64,000 bases of DNA from Eledone cirrhosa (GCA_964016885.1 OZ024754.1:12648001-12712000), one strand, 5' to 3'; shown: positions 1-13,897, counted from the stretch's first letter. Numbers and translations are program-made. The notes: a model not told the origin generated them from the sequence alone.

Positions 1-289
1 TGTACATGTGGTATATGGTCTACATGTGGTATTGTATACATCCTGAGAAGGAATATATCCTCAGCAAGCTCAAGCTTTAAAGGAATAACTATCTATTTAG
101 ACAAATATTATTTCGGGACATGATTCTGATGAATATATTTAAACCAGACCCAAACTCTACACATAGGAATAAATACTAATTCATCATCTTTTGGCATGTT
201 TTTATGTTAAGAAATATTCTGTTGGTATACAAGCTATCAATAGTAAGATGTTTAGTCATTATTGACCATCTAATGGCTGTATATATAAT

Positions 290-490
290 TGTTTTGACTT
301 TTGGTACAAGGCCAGCAATTACCTCAGTGCATTACTAGTACTTTATTTTATCAACCCCGTAAGGATGAAAGGTAAAGTTAATGTTTATATTGGTGGGATT
401 TGAACTCAGAACATAAAGGGCCATAACTCTATGCTGCAAAGCATGGTGTCTGAGGCTCTATCTACCGGTTCTAACAATCTACCACGCTAT
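290..490 (-). mobile_element. tRNA-derived SINE group B, degenerate copy
   Basis: Matches the window-wide motif ggcacaaggccagcaatt...ggtactttattttatcgaccccgtaaggatgaaaggcaaag...gggatttgaactcag (B-box on minus strand). Confidence 0.75.
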
Positions 491-1057
491 GGCTGCAATT
501 ATAATATCCCTGTTGCTATGTTGCTATGTTGCTAAAGCTGAAGTAAATTTATTCTACACGCTACCACCATAAATGAAACTTAAGGGTCAGTATGTCTTGT
601 AATCCTGGCCAACAGGATGGAGAAGACATTGCCACAGAAGATAGTGAAGGAGATGTGTTGGAAGTGTCACTCCACTTCACAGGGCTTCCACTTGCAGATA
701 GCCAAATCTGCTCCGACTGCATGAGAGTAAGGGCCATATTTTGGGGTTGAAAATTCATTAAAGTTTAATAGGTATTAATATCATTTTCCACTAGATCAAT
801 CCCCTGCCTTTACATTGTAGAATGTTACCCTTTTATGGAACCTTGGGGAGTTGGGGGATATTGATGAGTACAGACACAATGAGCCTTCACACACAGCTAC
901 ATTTATCATATTTAGGCCATCAGAAAAGAGAGTTATCAAGGTGAGATGGTATCAAGGTGAGATAGTAGTGACTAAGAACTTGGCCTACATCTGAGTCTTC
1001 TTTGATTTTACAGATCTTAAGGACATTCTTATGTTTACTGCAAACACCATAGATCGT

Positions 1058-3091
1058 GTCACAGTAACACTCAATCTTGGCACAGCAACACTCAATCTTG
1101 GCACAGCAACACTCAGTCTTGCCATAGTAACACTCAGTCTTAACACAGCAACACTCAATCTTGGCACAGTAACACTCAATCTTGGCACAGTAACACTCAA
1201 TCTTGGCATAGTAACACTCAGTCTTAGGTCAGTAACACTCAATCTTGGCACAATAACACTCAATCTTGCCATAGTAACACTCAGTCTTAGGACAGTAACA
1301 CTCAATCTTGCCATAGTAACACTCAATCTTGGCACAGTAACACTCAATCTTGCCATAGTAACACTCAGTCTTAGGACAGTAACACTCAATCTTGACACAG
1401 TAACACTCAATCTTAGCACAGTAACACTCAATCTCGGAACAGCAACACTCAATCTTGACACAGTAACACTCAATCTTGACACAGTAACACTCAGTCTTGA
1501 CATAGTAACACTCAATCTTGGCATAGTAACACTCAATCTTGACACAGTAACACTCAATCTTGACACAGTAACACTCAATCTTGGCACATCAACACTCAAT
1601 CTTAGCACAGTAACACTCAATCTTGACACAGTAACACTCAATCTTGACACATCAATACTCAATCTTGGCACAATAACACTCAATCTTGACACAGTAACAC
1701 TCAATCTTTGCACAATAACACTCAATCTTGACACAGTAACACTCAATCTTTGCACAATAACACTCAATCTTGACACAGTAACACTCAATCTTGACACAGT
1801 AACACTCAATCTTTGCACAATAACACTCAATCTTGACACAGTAACACTCAATCTTGCCATAGTAACACTCAGTCTTAGGACAGTAACACTCAATCTTGAC
1901 ACAGTAACACTCAATCTTAGCACAGTAACACTCAATCTCGGAACAGCAACACTCAATCTTGACACAGTAACACTCAATCTTGACACAGTAACACTCAGTC
2001 TTGACATAGTAACACTCAATCTTGGCATAGTAACACTCAATCTTGACACAGTAACACTCAATCTTGACACAGTAACACTCAGTCTTGACACAGTAACACT
2101 CAATCTTGGCATAGTAACACTCAATCTTGACACATCAATACTCAATCTTGGCACATCAACACTCAATCTTAGCACAGTAACACTCAATCTTGACACAGTA
2201 ACACTCAATCTTGACACATCAATACTCAATCTTGGCACAATAACACTCAATCTTGACACAGTAACACTCAATCTTTGCACAATAACACTCAATCTTGACA
2301 CAGTAACACTCAATCTTTGCACAATAACACTCAATCTTGACACAGTAACACTCAATCTTGACACAGTAACACCCAATCTTGACACAGTAACACTCAGTCT
2401 TGGCACAGTAACACTCAATCTTGGCACAGTAACACTCAATCTTGGCACATCAACACTCAATCTTGGCACATCAACACTCAATCTTGGCACAGCAACACTC
2501 AATCTTGGCACAGCAACACTCAATCTTGACACAGTAACACTCAATCTTGGCACAGTAACACTCAATCTTGACACAGTAACACTCAATCTTAACACAGCAA
2601 CACTCAATCTTGGCACAGTAACACTCAATCTTTGCACAATAACACTCAATCTTGGCACAGTAACACTCAATCTTGACACAGTAACACTCAATCTTGGAAC
2701 AGCAACACTCAATCTTGACACAGCAACACTCAATCTTGACACAGTAACACTCAATCTTGACACAGTAACACTCAATCTTGACACAGTAACACTCAATCTT
2801 GACACAGCAACACTCAATCTTAGCACAGCAATACTCAATCTTGGCACAGTAACACTCAGTCTTAGGACAATAGCACTCAATCTTGGCACAGTAACACTCA
2901 ATCTTGGCACATCAACACTCAATCTTAGCACAGCAATACTCAATCTTGGCACAGTAACACTCAATCTTGGCACAGCAACACTCAATCTTAGCACAGCAAT
3001 ACTCAATCTTGGCACAGTAACACTCAGTCTTAGGACAATAACACTCAATCTTAGCACAGTAACACTCAATCTTGGCACAGCAACACTCAAT
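1058..3091. repeat. 21-bp minisatellite (CACAGTAACACTCAATCTTGR), about 97 units
   Basis: Direct tandem repeat; produces the 700-aa heptad ORFs on both strands. Confidence 0.97.
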
Positions 3092-3135
3092 CCTCACACA
3101 CTCGATACATGGTATTATGTCCAATGTTCTAATGG

Positions 3136-3404
3136 TGAAGAAGAAGAAGAAGAAGAAGAAGAAGAAGAAGAAGAAGAATGAGAAGGACAAGAAAAAGAAG
3201 AACGAGGAGGAAGAAGAAGAGAAAAAAAAAGGCAAAAGAATCATAAGATAAGAGCAGCCACAACAATAGGAAAGATCTGAGTGACTCAACCCTCAACAAT
3301 GGATCATGGTTGGTTGATCCTAGAAATGTCTTTTACTGCTTTTTTTCTTTTTCTCTTCATTTTCGTCTTTGAAATTTCTTTTTTTTTTTTGTACTCATTA
3401 TTAC

Positions 3405-3444
<40 letters not shown>

Positions 3445-3975
3445 GTTGTTGTTGCTGTTGTAGGTGGTGTTGTTGATGATGTTGCTGTTATTGTTGTTGT
3501 TGTTATTTTTGTTGTTGTTGTTGATGTTATTTTCGTTGTTAAGAGGAGCGGGGTGTTTGTTTGATGATTGGATTAGCTGAAGGATAACAATGGTTTGGGA
3601 TGGGATGATGAAGTCATTTTAATTTCCGACTTAATTAACGATGTGAATGCTGTGTCGTTGTACCTCAATATGTGTGTATATGTGTGTGTGTATGTGTGCG
3701 TTTGTGTGTGTGCGTTTGTGTGTGTGTGTGCATGTGCGTGTGTGTGTGTATGTGTGTGATGATGATGGTGTTGGTGGGGTGGCTCGTTGAGGCTACCACT
3801 TGATGACGAGAATAGAATCAATTAATTAATCTTAACATGAAATAACTGCTAATCACTCTCTCATTCTCCTCTCTCACTCTCTCTCTCACTCTCTCACACA
3901 CAATTTACCTCTTTCCATATCACCATCTTTCTCTCTCATCCTATTCTTATTTCTCTCTCATACTATTATTCTCTC

Positions 3976-4029
<54 letters not shown>

Positions 4030-4040
4030 TTACTCTCTCT
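3136..4040. repeat. Microsatellite cluster (GAA)n, (TTA)n/(TTG)n, (TG)n, (TC)n
   Basis: Seen directly. Confidence 0.9.
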
Positions 4041-4127
4041 CTTTCTTCTTTACTCCTAATCACTCTGTCTTTCTCAAGTTCTACTCCTCCCTCCACTCCT
4101 TCAGTTTACTCTCACCTGTTCTTCATT

Positions 4128-4790
4128 ACACACTGTGTTAACTGTCACACACATACACATACACACACAGTGTTAAATGTCATACACACACAGTGTTTAC
4201 TGTCACATACACACACACACAGTGTTTACTGTCACATACACATACACACAGTGTTAACTGTCACATACACACACACAGTGTTAACTGTCACACACACACA
4301 GTGTTACCTGTCACACACACACAGTGTTAACTGTCACACACACACAATGTTAACTGTCACACACACACAGTGTTACCTGTCACACACACACAGTGTTAAC
4401 TGTCACACACACACAGTGTTAACTGTCACACACACACAGTGTTAACTGTCATACACACACACAGAGTGTTAACTGTCACACACACACAGTGTTACCTGTC
4501 ACACACACACAGTGTTACCTGTCACACACACACAGTGTTAACTGTCACACACACACAGTGTTACCTGTCACACACACACAGTGTTAACTGTCACACACAC
4601 ACAGTGTTAACTGTCATACACACACACAGAGTGTTAACTGTCACACACACACAGTGTTACCTGTCACACACACACAGAGTGTTAACTGTCATACACACAC
4701 ACACACAGTGTTAACTGTCACATACACATGCACACAGTGTTAACTGTTACACATACACACAGTGCTAACTGTCACATACACATACACACA
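4128..4790. repeat. CA-rich minisatellite, unit about GTGTTAACTGT(CA)n
   Basis: Seen directly. Confidence 0.92.
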
Positions 4791-4799
4791 TTGCCAGGG

Positions 4800-4965
4800 A
4801 ATGTCTTTACGAACCAAAGTATCACCTTCCTGTTTTCCTTCGTTTGCCACGTTTTTCGAAATATTTACTTCTGCATTCATAGATTGATTTTTTTTTAGTT
4901 TCAGAAGACCCTGTTGAGGGTGAAAGCAGCGATTCTTTGCTTAAATTTTAATGTTATTTTAATAA
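4800..4965 (+). mobile_element. Fragment homologous to the internal part of the Helitron at 27.4-28.1 kb
   Basis: Reverse-complement similarity to 27710-27870 (gggtgaaagcagcgattctttgcttaaa). Confidence 0.65.
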
Positions 4966-5011
4966 ATTAATATATATATATATATAATATATATATGTAT
5001 ATATGTGAGTG

Positions 5012-5048
<37 letters not shown>

Positions 5049-5883
5049 ATATATATATGTGTGTGTATATATATATAGGTGTATATATTCAGAAGTGCCA
5101 AATGCTTTGAAATTTTAACAAGTAAATCTTTTCTAGCTGTGATGAAAAAAAGATGAAAGTTTTTTTTATATATAAACAAATTAGGTTTATTGAAGCGAGA
5201 GTGTTATAAGAGTGTGATAAGGTAAACTGGAGCAATGTGAAATAAAGTGTCTTGCTCAAGGAAACAACACATCACCCGGTCTGAGATTTGAACTCACAAC
5301 CTTTCGATTGCAAGGCCAATGCTCTAACCACTAAGCCACGTGCCTCCACTGCGTGGGCGAATGAAAAGATATGTCTGACCCCAGCGAGTGTAAGTGAGAA
5401 AAGGAGTGCTAGAGGGTCAGGCGAGGGAAACAATGAGGTGGCTGACAGAGAGAGAGGATGAGAGAAAGTGAGAGGGAGAAAGGGGGAGGGAGAAAGAGGG
5501 GGAAGAGTAGATAGTAACAAAATAGGTAGGTCTACACAGCCAATCCTTTTCTCCATATATGTTTTATCATGTTTCGCTGTGACCCGAATTCTCTCTTCCT
5601 CTACCGACCCATTTTGTGTAGGAGACACCATAAAAAGGCTCCCAGTCCACACTATAGATGTGGTTGGTGCTAGGAAGGGCATCCAGCCATAGAAACCCTG
5701 CCAGAAACAGTTCTGTATGAGTGAGACATGGTCACCCGATCAATCTTGACTCAAGTGGAACAAACCAGTCCAACCCATGCTAGCGTGGAAGATGGACATT
5801 AAATGATGATGATGATGATCATCATCATCATTTTACGTCCGCTTTTCCCTGCTTGCAAGGGTGGAACGGGATGATATATATAT

Positions 5884-5921
<38 letters not shown>

Positions 5922-5939
5922 CTTCATATCATGTCTCCC

Positions 5940-6010
5940 TATTTTATCTGATGAGAACGCAAATATCATCCCATGATGATATTAGTTTTTGAAATGCGCA
6001 TAATAAAATA
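5940..6010 (+). ncRNA. Type I hammerhead ribozyme motif (PLE-type)
   Basis: Stem I tattttat/ataaaata; CTGATGA 5948-5954; stem II containing aatatcatc/gatgatatt; GAAA 5991; palindromic stem III AtgcgcaT; cleavage triplet ATA; flanked by (TA)n. Confidence 0.85.
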
Positions 6011-6037
6011 CATGGAACTCTTTTAACCATCTTTTGA

Positions 6038-6072
<35 letters not shown>

Positions 6073-6131
6073 GTGGTAAATATTGATGCAATTCAATTGA
6101 AGCACTCAACGTCAAATGACAGAGTATAATT

Positions 6132-6515
6132 AGAATGAGGAAAGTGTGAAGTTGTAGAAGTTAAAAAGACCTTTATTAATAAAGCTATGGTACATATATT
6201 AGTGATGATCATGGTCAGTTGATTATTTAACCATTCACCTGATCTCATCAGACAGTTATATTAAGTAAAAAGGTTTACATTTCCGAGGCATTGCAAGATG
6301 CGAGGGAACGAACAAAAAATTATGTTTCTGTTGGAGTTGTCCATTCCTGTGTATCTTGGATTGCCTTGGAAGTGAAACCTTTTTACCTAATTCTGCTGCC
6401 TGATGAGATCACGTAAATGGTTACATAATAAAGTAACCATGATCATCATTGAAATATATACCACAGGTTTATTAATAAAGGATTCTTTAATAGCTACAAC
6501 TTCGTATTTTCCTCA

Positions 6516-6519
<4 letters not shown>
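6132..6519. mobile_element. Old imperfect inverted repeat carrying two opposed hammerhead-like motifs (probable PLE terminal fragments)
   Basis: Arms agaatgaggaaa... and ...tttcctcattct; + motif CTGATGA 6400...GAAA 6451 tata TA ccacag with weak stem I; decayed minus copy around 6185-6256. Confidence 0.65.
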
Positions 6520-6550
<31 letters not shown>

Positions 6551-6551
<1 letters not shown>

Positions 6552-6893
6552 CATTTCATCATCATTTCATTTTACGTCCGCTTTTTCCCTGCTTGCAAGG
6601 GTGGGACGGGAACTGATTTTGGCTTGATTTCTACAGCTGGATGCCCTTCCTAACACCAACCTCATTTACAGTGAGTGCTGGGTGCTTTTTTGCCGTGGCA
6701 CCTCCACAACCACTTTGCAGTGGAATGATAGGGACCCCAGTCCCTATCATCTCATTTCTAAAGCTGAGTAAACTGGAGCAATGTGAAATAAAGTGTCTTG
6801 CTCAAGGAAACAACACATCACCCGGTCTGAGAATTGAACTCACAACCTTTTGATTGCAAGGCCAATGCTCTAACCACTAAGCCATGTGCCTCC
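6551..6893 (-). mobile_element. tRNA-derived SINE group A, tail from the RTE at 52.3 kb
   Basis: Head ggaggcacatggcttagtggttagagc...gagttcaattc (A/B boxes); tail cccgtcccacccttgcaagcaggg...(ATG)n. Confidence 0.88.
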
Positions 6894-7525
6894 ATATATA
6901 TATATATATATATATGTGTATGTGTGTATGTATGTGTGTGTACAGTGTGTATTAGGAGTATGCTAAAAAGTGGTTGGTGTTAGGAAGCGCATTCAGCTGT
7001 AGAAGCCAGGCCAAGTACACATACATATGAGCAAAATATGGTTTCCAGACCTGACTTGTCTCATAATGAGATAACCTATCAAACCCATCCAAACGTGGAA
7101 AAACAGATATTAAGATATTAAATGTTGAATATGATGATGACGATCAATGTCTCATTTTGTCAGGTGATATCCATCTCCATTATTCATGAAAAATAAATAA
7201 AGATGTGATATTGAGAGATATGAACATGATTGGATTATGGTGACATATACTATGACGTTTGAAAATCTCTAAGTGTCCATACTTAAATAAGCAGTGACAA
7301 GCAACAGAATCAAAATAACCAGTAGCTATTTCAAATCTACTTTATATAGTGGGGCACCTTTTTACTCTGATTCTTCTCATAAAAAATATAGAAACTTGTC
7401 AGTAAAACTTTAATATTGGTATTTTCCTCCTCAAAATAGTTTCTGCTTACCCAGACACAAATTTAGGTCTTTCTATTTGTATATATATGTTCTACATATG
7501 TATACATACACACACACACACACAT

Positions 7526-8222
7526 GAGAGAGTGGTATGAAATGTTCATAGGCTGACCATAAAGGAGTGATGCTAGAACTGTGAAATCTTACATGCATTG
7601 ATTTCAAATTTTTTTTATTAATAACTGCATTGTTCCTTTCCAGGGATTATGTTGAAAAATAAACCTCATTTGGTCATTCCATGAGAGTATCTTGGTCAAC
7701 CTATGAAGGAGTGATGCTAGAACTGTGAAATCTTACATGCGGCGTCACGCAGTAATACAGAGTACCCGACCTCCCATGGGTACAAGCTGAAGCATATAGA
7801 CAATATGCCCCAGCACCCCCCACCGCAAGGTGGTCGTGGAGGTGCCACGGCAAAAAAGCACCCAGCCCACACTGTAAAGTGGACGTGTAGGCGCCACGAA
7901 AAAGCACCCAGCACTCACTGTAAATGAGGTTGGTGTTAGGAAGGGCATCCAGCTGTAGAAATCAAGCCAAATCAGTTCCTGTATGAGCAAGGCATGGTCA
8001 GCCGACCAGACACTGCCCACAACAGGACAACCCGTCTAACCCATGCTAGCGTGGAAGAACGGACGTAAAACGGTGATGATGATGATGAAGATTGATTTCA
8101 AATTTTTTTTATTAATAACTGCATTGTTCCTTTCCAGGGACTATGTTGTAAAATAAACCTCATTTGGTCACTCCATGAGAGTATCTTGGTCAGCCTATGA
8201 ATGTTTCAGTTGACCCTCGTAT
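7526..8222. mobile_element. Mariner/Tc1-type MITE with an internal duplication and a nested RTE 3' end
   Basis: Right end ...cagttgaccctcgta (TACGAGGG-type TIR); left gaaatgttcataggctgacca matches it; the 7561-7705 block recurs at 7705-7740 plus 8091-8200. Confidence 0.6.
7741..8088 (+). mobile_element. RTE LINE 3' end (last codons plus 3' UTR, (ATG)n tail)
   Basis: Starts ggcgtcacgcagtaatacag, like the WRYTVIQKT C-terminus of other RTE copies; ends ggacgtaaaacggtgatgatgatg. Confidence 0.7.
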
Positions 8223-8459
8223 ATACACACATGTATATATGCTGTTAGACTTCCATCATTTTGGATGGTTCAATCAATGGAACTGCTTGCTTATGAGATT
8301 AACGTGCAAGTGACTGAGCATTCCAAAGACATGGACACAACTAATGAGATTCAGCACAACACCATGGGTAACAATGATAGTCCCTTGCATTACAGGTACA
8401 ACTCCTTTTGCCAGTTGAGTAGACTGGAGCAGCGTGAAATAAAGTATTGTTCTTAGCAT

Positions 8460-8674
8460 TTAACCCTTTAGCATTCACATTACTCTATATATACTATTAT
8501 ATTTTCATGATAAATGCTTTATCTCACATGATATCGAATCTATGAGGTTTTGAAAGAATTTATTTTGAGAACAATACCTTAACATCAGTTTGAGTGACCA
8601 GTTACAGCCAGTTTCAACAGAATGAGGTAGAGAATTCTGGCCAGTTTTGGCCAGTTTGAACATTAAAGGGTTAA
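8460..8674. mobile_element. piggyBac-like MITE (TTAA-CCCTTTA ends); related copies 8906-9134, 23100-23618, 56411-57009
   Basis: ttaaccctttagcatt ... taaagggttaa termini; shared internal sequence among copies. Confidence 0.6.
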
Positions 8675-9904
8675 CCCGGTCATATCCAGTCAGAATTCTC
8701 TCACCTCTCACCAAACACATGGTCAGATATAGTTGAGGATCTTCTTGAACTTATCTGTAGTTACCTCTAGGAAAAATATGTGAACAAAGAGAACATTCCA
8801 GAATTCCACTGCACGAAAGGGGAAGTCATGTATTTAGTACAAGATGTAAGAAGTGAAACACTGCAAGGAGGGCAGCTCATTGTAAGTCACTTTTCAGCTG
8901 CCACATTAACCCATTAGCATTTAAACCAGTCATATCCGGCCAGAATTCTCTCACCTCTGTCTGTTCAAACTGGTCATAACCAACTGTTTATACCAAATTT
9001 AAGGTATTGTTCTCAAAATAAATAATATCAAAATCTCATAGATTCGATATTATGTGAGATAATTATGTGAAATAAAGCCTTTACTGTGAAAATACAATAG
9101 TATATATAGAGTAATGAAAATTCTAATAGATTAAGGATACAATGTGTCACATGGTTCAATAAGGTGTTTGTGTCTGAGAAAGGACAGAGAGGGTGCCTGT
9201 CTTAGCATGCAACTGTCCTTAGCAAAAACATGGCAAATATTACTAAGTTATACTCAACTACAAGTGTTGGTTCTAAGTTTCTTTTAGCATATCCTAGAGA
9301 GAAGATAGGCTCTGCCAGGCTTTAAAAGATGCTGTAGATATGCCATATATTGATATGGTGCTTCTACGACCCCCCCCCCCCCATGGGAGTTACAGGACCA
9401 TGCATGAACATAAATAAATGCCCACCTGTTGTATACACTCATGTATATGTACATAGATAGGCAGGGGAATCTGCATTGCAGGTATGTGTACATACATTCT
9501 GCATTCAAGAGAGTGAACTTTATCATGGCCTGTTATGTTTTTGAAACAGCTCAAGAGTCCTCCAAGACATTTCTTTGGCAAGTCTTTTTTTTAATAGCTG
9601 GATACTTTTCATATCAGCATCCATGATACATAGTGTACTGGCACCAGTACTAGACAAGTTGTCATGTCATCACTACAGTGCCAGCTCAACCATTTTTGGT
9701 GTCGTTTCTATGGTTGAAAGTCCTTCCTAATACCAATCATGTTAGGTACAATATATATATTTTTATTATATCATTTATTATACTAAAAACCCTGGGTGAT
9801 ACCTTGCAGAGAAAATCCTAAGGAATACAAATTGTAGAATACTTCACATCTGTTATTAAAAAGTCAGCAGATTTTTTATCAACTTTCATCAGCTGAATAT
9901 ATAT

Positions 9905-10177
9905 ATCACCTTGATCACCTTGACCAACCAGTCTGTCGGGCGCCAATTGGCGCCGCTGGTCACAGCACATCGTGCTGTTTTAGCCATAAGATAACGCCAT
10001 CCCACTGGCTGGGGGGGGGGGGGGGGCAGGCCGGTACTCATTTATACAGGTGAGTAAACTGGAGCAACGTGAAATAAAGTGTCTTGCTCAAGGAAACAAC
10101 ACAACACCCAGTCTGAGAATTGAATTCACAACCTTTCGATTGCAAGCCCAATGCTCTAACCAATAAGCCATGCACCT
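9905..10177 (-). mobile_element. SINE with group A head/core and a different 3' tail
   Basis: Same tRNA head/core (10040-10177); tail ends ggtcaaggtgatcaaggtga. Confidence 0.7.
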
Positions 10178-10200
10178 TTTTATATATATATATATATATA

Positions 10201-10560
10201 TCGAGGGCGACCGGCTAAGATAGAGGGTGCAAGATAGCGGTCACCCTCGGGTCCTCGATTTTCAGCCCCATGGATTTTATCTATTACATTCACGTATTAT
10301 ATTTCTAATACCTGATGATATCACTGGATTCATACGGAACCCGGTCATTGAAATGATCATAGTATAATAAACCTTTCAAGGATTTACACAAATCCAGCCT
10401 CCTGTCATTTCATTATAATATTTAACTCCGTAATAGCACCACCAACTACAAAAACAAAGACGGTTGAACTGCCTTACATTGAGTACTCTCTATATTATTA
10501 CATTACGATTGACCATATGGAATAGACCAGCTCTATACAGTGGTGAACCACAAACCTGAA
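10201..10560 (+). mobile_element. Probable PLE terminal fragment in (TA)n; second copy 15970-16330
   Basis: Two similar ~360-bp copies, both TA-flanked, both with a hammerhead followed by AATAAA. Confidence 0.7.
10306..10367 (+). ncRNA. Type I hammerhead ribozyme motif
   Basis: atac CTGATGA(10312) ...actggattc/gaacccggt... GAAA(10350) tgatca TA gtat; palindromic stem III. Confidence 0.8.
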
Positions 10561-10580
10561 TATATATATATATATATATA

Positions 10581-10711
10581 GTTTTAATATAGAAGAGCTT
10601 CTACAGGACTAGAACTGTTTCATTCATTAGAAATCATCAGGAATCTGATTCCTGATGATTTCTAATGAATGAAACAGTTCTAGTCCTGTAGAAGCTCTTC
10701 TATATTAAAAC
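10581..10711. ncRNA. Perfect 131-bp palindrome made of two back-to-back hammerhead motifs (+10647-10695, -10597-10645)
   Basis: 65-bp arms, 1-nt spacer at 10646; gattc CTGATGA tttctaatgaat GAAA cag ttctagtc ctg TA gaagc. Confidence 0.75.
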
Positions 10712-10809
10712 TGTTATACTCTGCTATGTATTGAGTACCTTACTTACTGTGGTTACCTCCGATTCAACCCGGAATAACGTATATATATATATATATATAA
10801 ATATATATG

Positions 10810-10956
<147 letters not shown>

Positions 10957-10988
10957 GTATATATATATATATATATAAAATATATATA

Positions 10989-11108
10989 TATATCAACTAG
11001 AAATTGATTGACATATAATTAAAAATATGAAACAATCACAGGCGATAATTATCCCCTGTGATTGTTTCATATGTTTAATTATATGTCAATCAATTTCTAG
11101 TTGATATA
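10989..11108. repeat. Near-perfect 120-bp palindrome in (TA)n
   Basis: tatcaactagaaattgattg... / ...caatcaatttctagttgata, centre gataattatc. Confidence 0.9.
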
Positions 11109-11242
11109 AAATGCTCAGATCTACTCATTAGAATCTTGGAGCATATTTTACGGGTGATATGGCGCATGTCTATCTGACATGACACCCTTAATTTAATTTG
11201 ATTTAATTTAATTTAATTTAATTCAATTTATCTTAATTTTGG

Positions 11243-11274
<32 letters not shown>

Positions 11275-11651
11275 CATCATTTCATCATCATTTCATTTTA
11301 CGTCCGCTTTTCCCTGCTTGTAAGGGTGGGATGGGAACTGATTCTGGCTTGATTTCTACAGCTAGATGCCCTTCCTAACACCAACCTCATTTACAGTGAG
11401 CGCTGGGTGCTTTTTTGCCATGGCACCTCCATGACCACTTTGCAGTGGAATGATAGGGATCCCAGTCCCTATCATCTCATTTCTACAGCTGAGTAAACTG
11501 GAGCAATGTGAAATAAAGTGTCTTGCTCAAGGAAACAACACAACACCCAGTTCGAGAATTGAATTCACAACACATCATCCGGTCTGAGAATTGAACTCAC
11601 AACCTTTCGATTGCAAGGCCAATGCTCTAACCACTAAGCCATGTGCCTCCA
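11275..11651 (-). mobile_element. SINE group A with a small internal duplication
   Basis: Same as 6551-6893; gagaattgaattcacaac segment duplicated. Confidence 0.85.
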
Positions 11652-11834
11652 TATATATATTTATTTATTAAAATGATGATATTATATATATATATATATA
11701 ATATCATCACAATCATCGTTTAATATCCATCTTCCACGCTAGCATGGGTTAGACGGTTTTGTTCCATTTGATGCGGGAATGGTCGGGAAACTGTGTCTCG
11801 TTCGTATATATATATATATATATATGTATATTAA

Positions 11835-12198
11835 ATCAACACCAGTGCATTACTGGTGCTTTATTTAAAAAAAATCCGTTAACATGAAAGGCAATGCAAA
11901 CCTTGGTGGGATTTGAAATGAGAACGTAAAGGGAACCAACTCTATGCTGCATGTTGACTGATGTTCTACTGATACTATCAATCCAATACTCTCCTTAATA
12001 ACAGTAATAATTGTTTCTACTTTTGGCACAAGGCCAGCAATTATGCCAGTGTATTACTGGTATTTTATTTTATTGACCCCGTAAGGATGAAAGGCAAAGT
12101 TAACCTCGGCGGGATTTGAACTCAGACCGTAAAGGGCCGTAACTCTTTGCTGCAAAGTATGGCGTCCGACCCTCTACTGATACTGCCAATCCACCGCC
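11835..12198 (-). mobile_element. Two SINE group B copies
   Basis: Group B consensus. Confidence 0.8.
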
Positions 12199-12276
12199 TT
12201 CATAACAGTAATAATAATAGCAAAAACACAATAACAGCAATAACAACAACTTCTAATACAACCTTTACCACATCCA

Positions 12277-12296
12277 TTACTACTACTACCACCACC

Positions 12297-12346
<50 letters not shown>

Positions 12347-12853
12347 CACTACCACCACTACTACTACTACTACTACTAACACCACCACTACTACTACCAC
12401 CACCACTACTACTAACACCACCACTACTACTACCACCACTACTACTACTACTACTAACACCACCACTACTACTACCACCACCACTACTACTACCACCACT
12501 ACTACTACTAACACCACCACTACTACTAACACCACCACTACTACAACCACCACCACTACTACTACAACTACTACTACTACCACCACTACTACCACCATTA
12601 CTACTAACACCACCACCACCACTACTAGTACTACCACTACCACCACCACCACCACTCCTATTATTACTACTACTACCACCACTACTATTATTACTACTAC
12701 TACCACCACCACCACTATTATTACTACTACTACTACCACCACCACCACTACTACTATTACTACTACTACTACCACCACCACGACTACTATTATTACTACT
12801 ACTACTACCACCACTACTATTATTACTACTACTACTACCACCACTACTATTAT

Positions 12854-12885
<32 letters not shown>

Positions 12886-13045
12886 TTATTACTACTACTA
12901 CTACCACCACCACCACTACTACTATTACTACTACTACTACCACCACCACGACTACTATTATTACTACTACTACTACCACCACCACTACTATTATTACTAC
13001 TACTACCACCACCACCACCACCACTACTACTACTTCTACTACTAT
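12277..13045. repeat. (ACT/ACC/ATT)n trinucleotide array
   Basis: Seen directly; source of the poly-Thr/poly-Val ORFs. Confidence 0.95.
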
Positions 13046-13480
13046 ATTACATTAATAGAGTAGCTAAATATACAATTAAATCAAAATCTTCTGCTAATAA
13101 AACACACACACATGCGTATGTATGTGTGTGTGTGAGTGTGTGAGTGTGCGTGTGTGAGTGTGTGTGTGAAGACACAAATAGGAAATCCATACAAGATATC
13201 CATAAAATTAAGAAGGGTGGAAAAAATATATGTGGTGACATAAATTATGAGGGAAAACTATAAGAGAGGCATGAGTGAGATAAGTGTGGTCAACAACAGC
13301 AACAACACCAACAACAAATATAACAGCAGCTATTACTGTCTCTACTACTACAGCAATATAAGGGAGGAATGATAGGGAAAAAATAAATCATGAATGCATG
13401 TGGGTCTATATATATATATATACACAAATATATATAGCATGATATTAAATAAATGGAAACTATATTTATAAAACCATATT

Positions 13481-13545
13481 TATTTTATTATATATATTAC
13501 AAGGGCAACCAACCCAACCTAGGTGCACTTTCATCAGATAAAATA
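13481..13545 (-). ncRNA. Hammerhead motif with a core mutation (GAAA to GTAA), probably inactive
   Basis: Minus: tattttat CTGATGA aagtgcacc...ggttgccctt GTAA tatata TA ataaaata; same family as 26084-26148. Confidence 0.7.
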
Positions 13546-13779
13546 CAAAGTTTGTTTTATAAATAAAGACGTGTCCATGAAAACAAACCTTATCGGTTGG
13601 AAATTCACTTCCAACAAATTAAATACAACTTCTACATGTATACATATACATATATACACACACACAAATATATATATATATTTATATATATATATATATA
13701 TAACGAAGGAATTGTGGTAAGGAAACAGATGAACCATAACGTACCAGAGTTCTCAATACTTAGGTTAGTAGAGTGGGTA

Positions 13780-13895
13780 ATAGGAAAAAGTATGACCCTG
13801 ATGTCAGAGCTCAAGCCTTTTCGACGGCTATTTCTGTCCAGAAATAGCCCCGTCAAAACGGCTTGAGCTCTGCCGTCAGGGTCATACTTTTTCCT

Positions 13896-13897
<2 letters not shown>
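13780..13897. repeat. Palindrome of two 5'-truncated hammerhead 3' halves
   Basis: taggaaaaagtatgaccctg / cagggtcatactttttccta; (G/A)AAAcggc-ttgagctct-gccgTC stem III present, CTGANGA absent. Confidence 0.65.

Noticed and set aside
561-758. Short ORF in non-repetitive sequence
   Set aside because: No recognisable motif or convincing splice-site pair in any frame
985-3181. 701-aa and 716-aa ORFs as genes
   Set aside because: They are translations of a 21-bp minisatellite on opposite strands with no unique domain
4895-4935. Hammerhead-like cagaagaccc...gggtGAAAg
   Set aside because: Core is CAGAAGA, there is no stem I or III, and the homologous copy at 27745-27770 lies inside the Helitron and lacks the core
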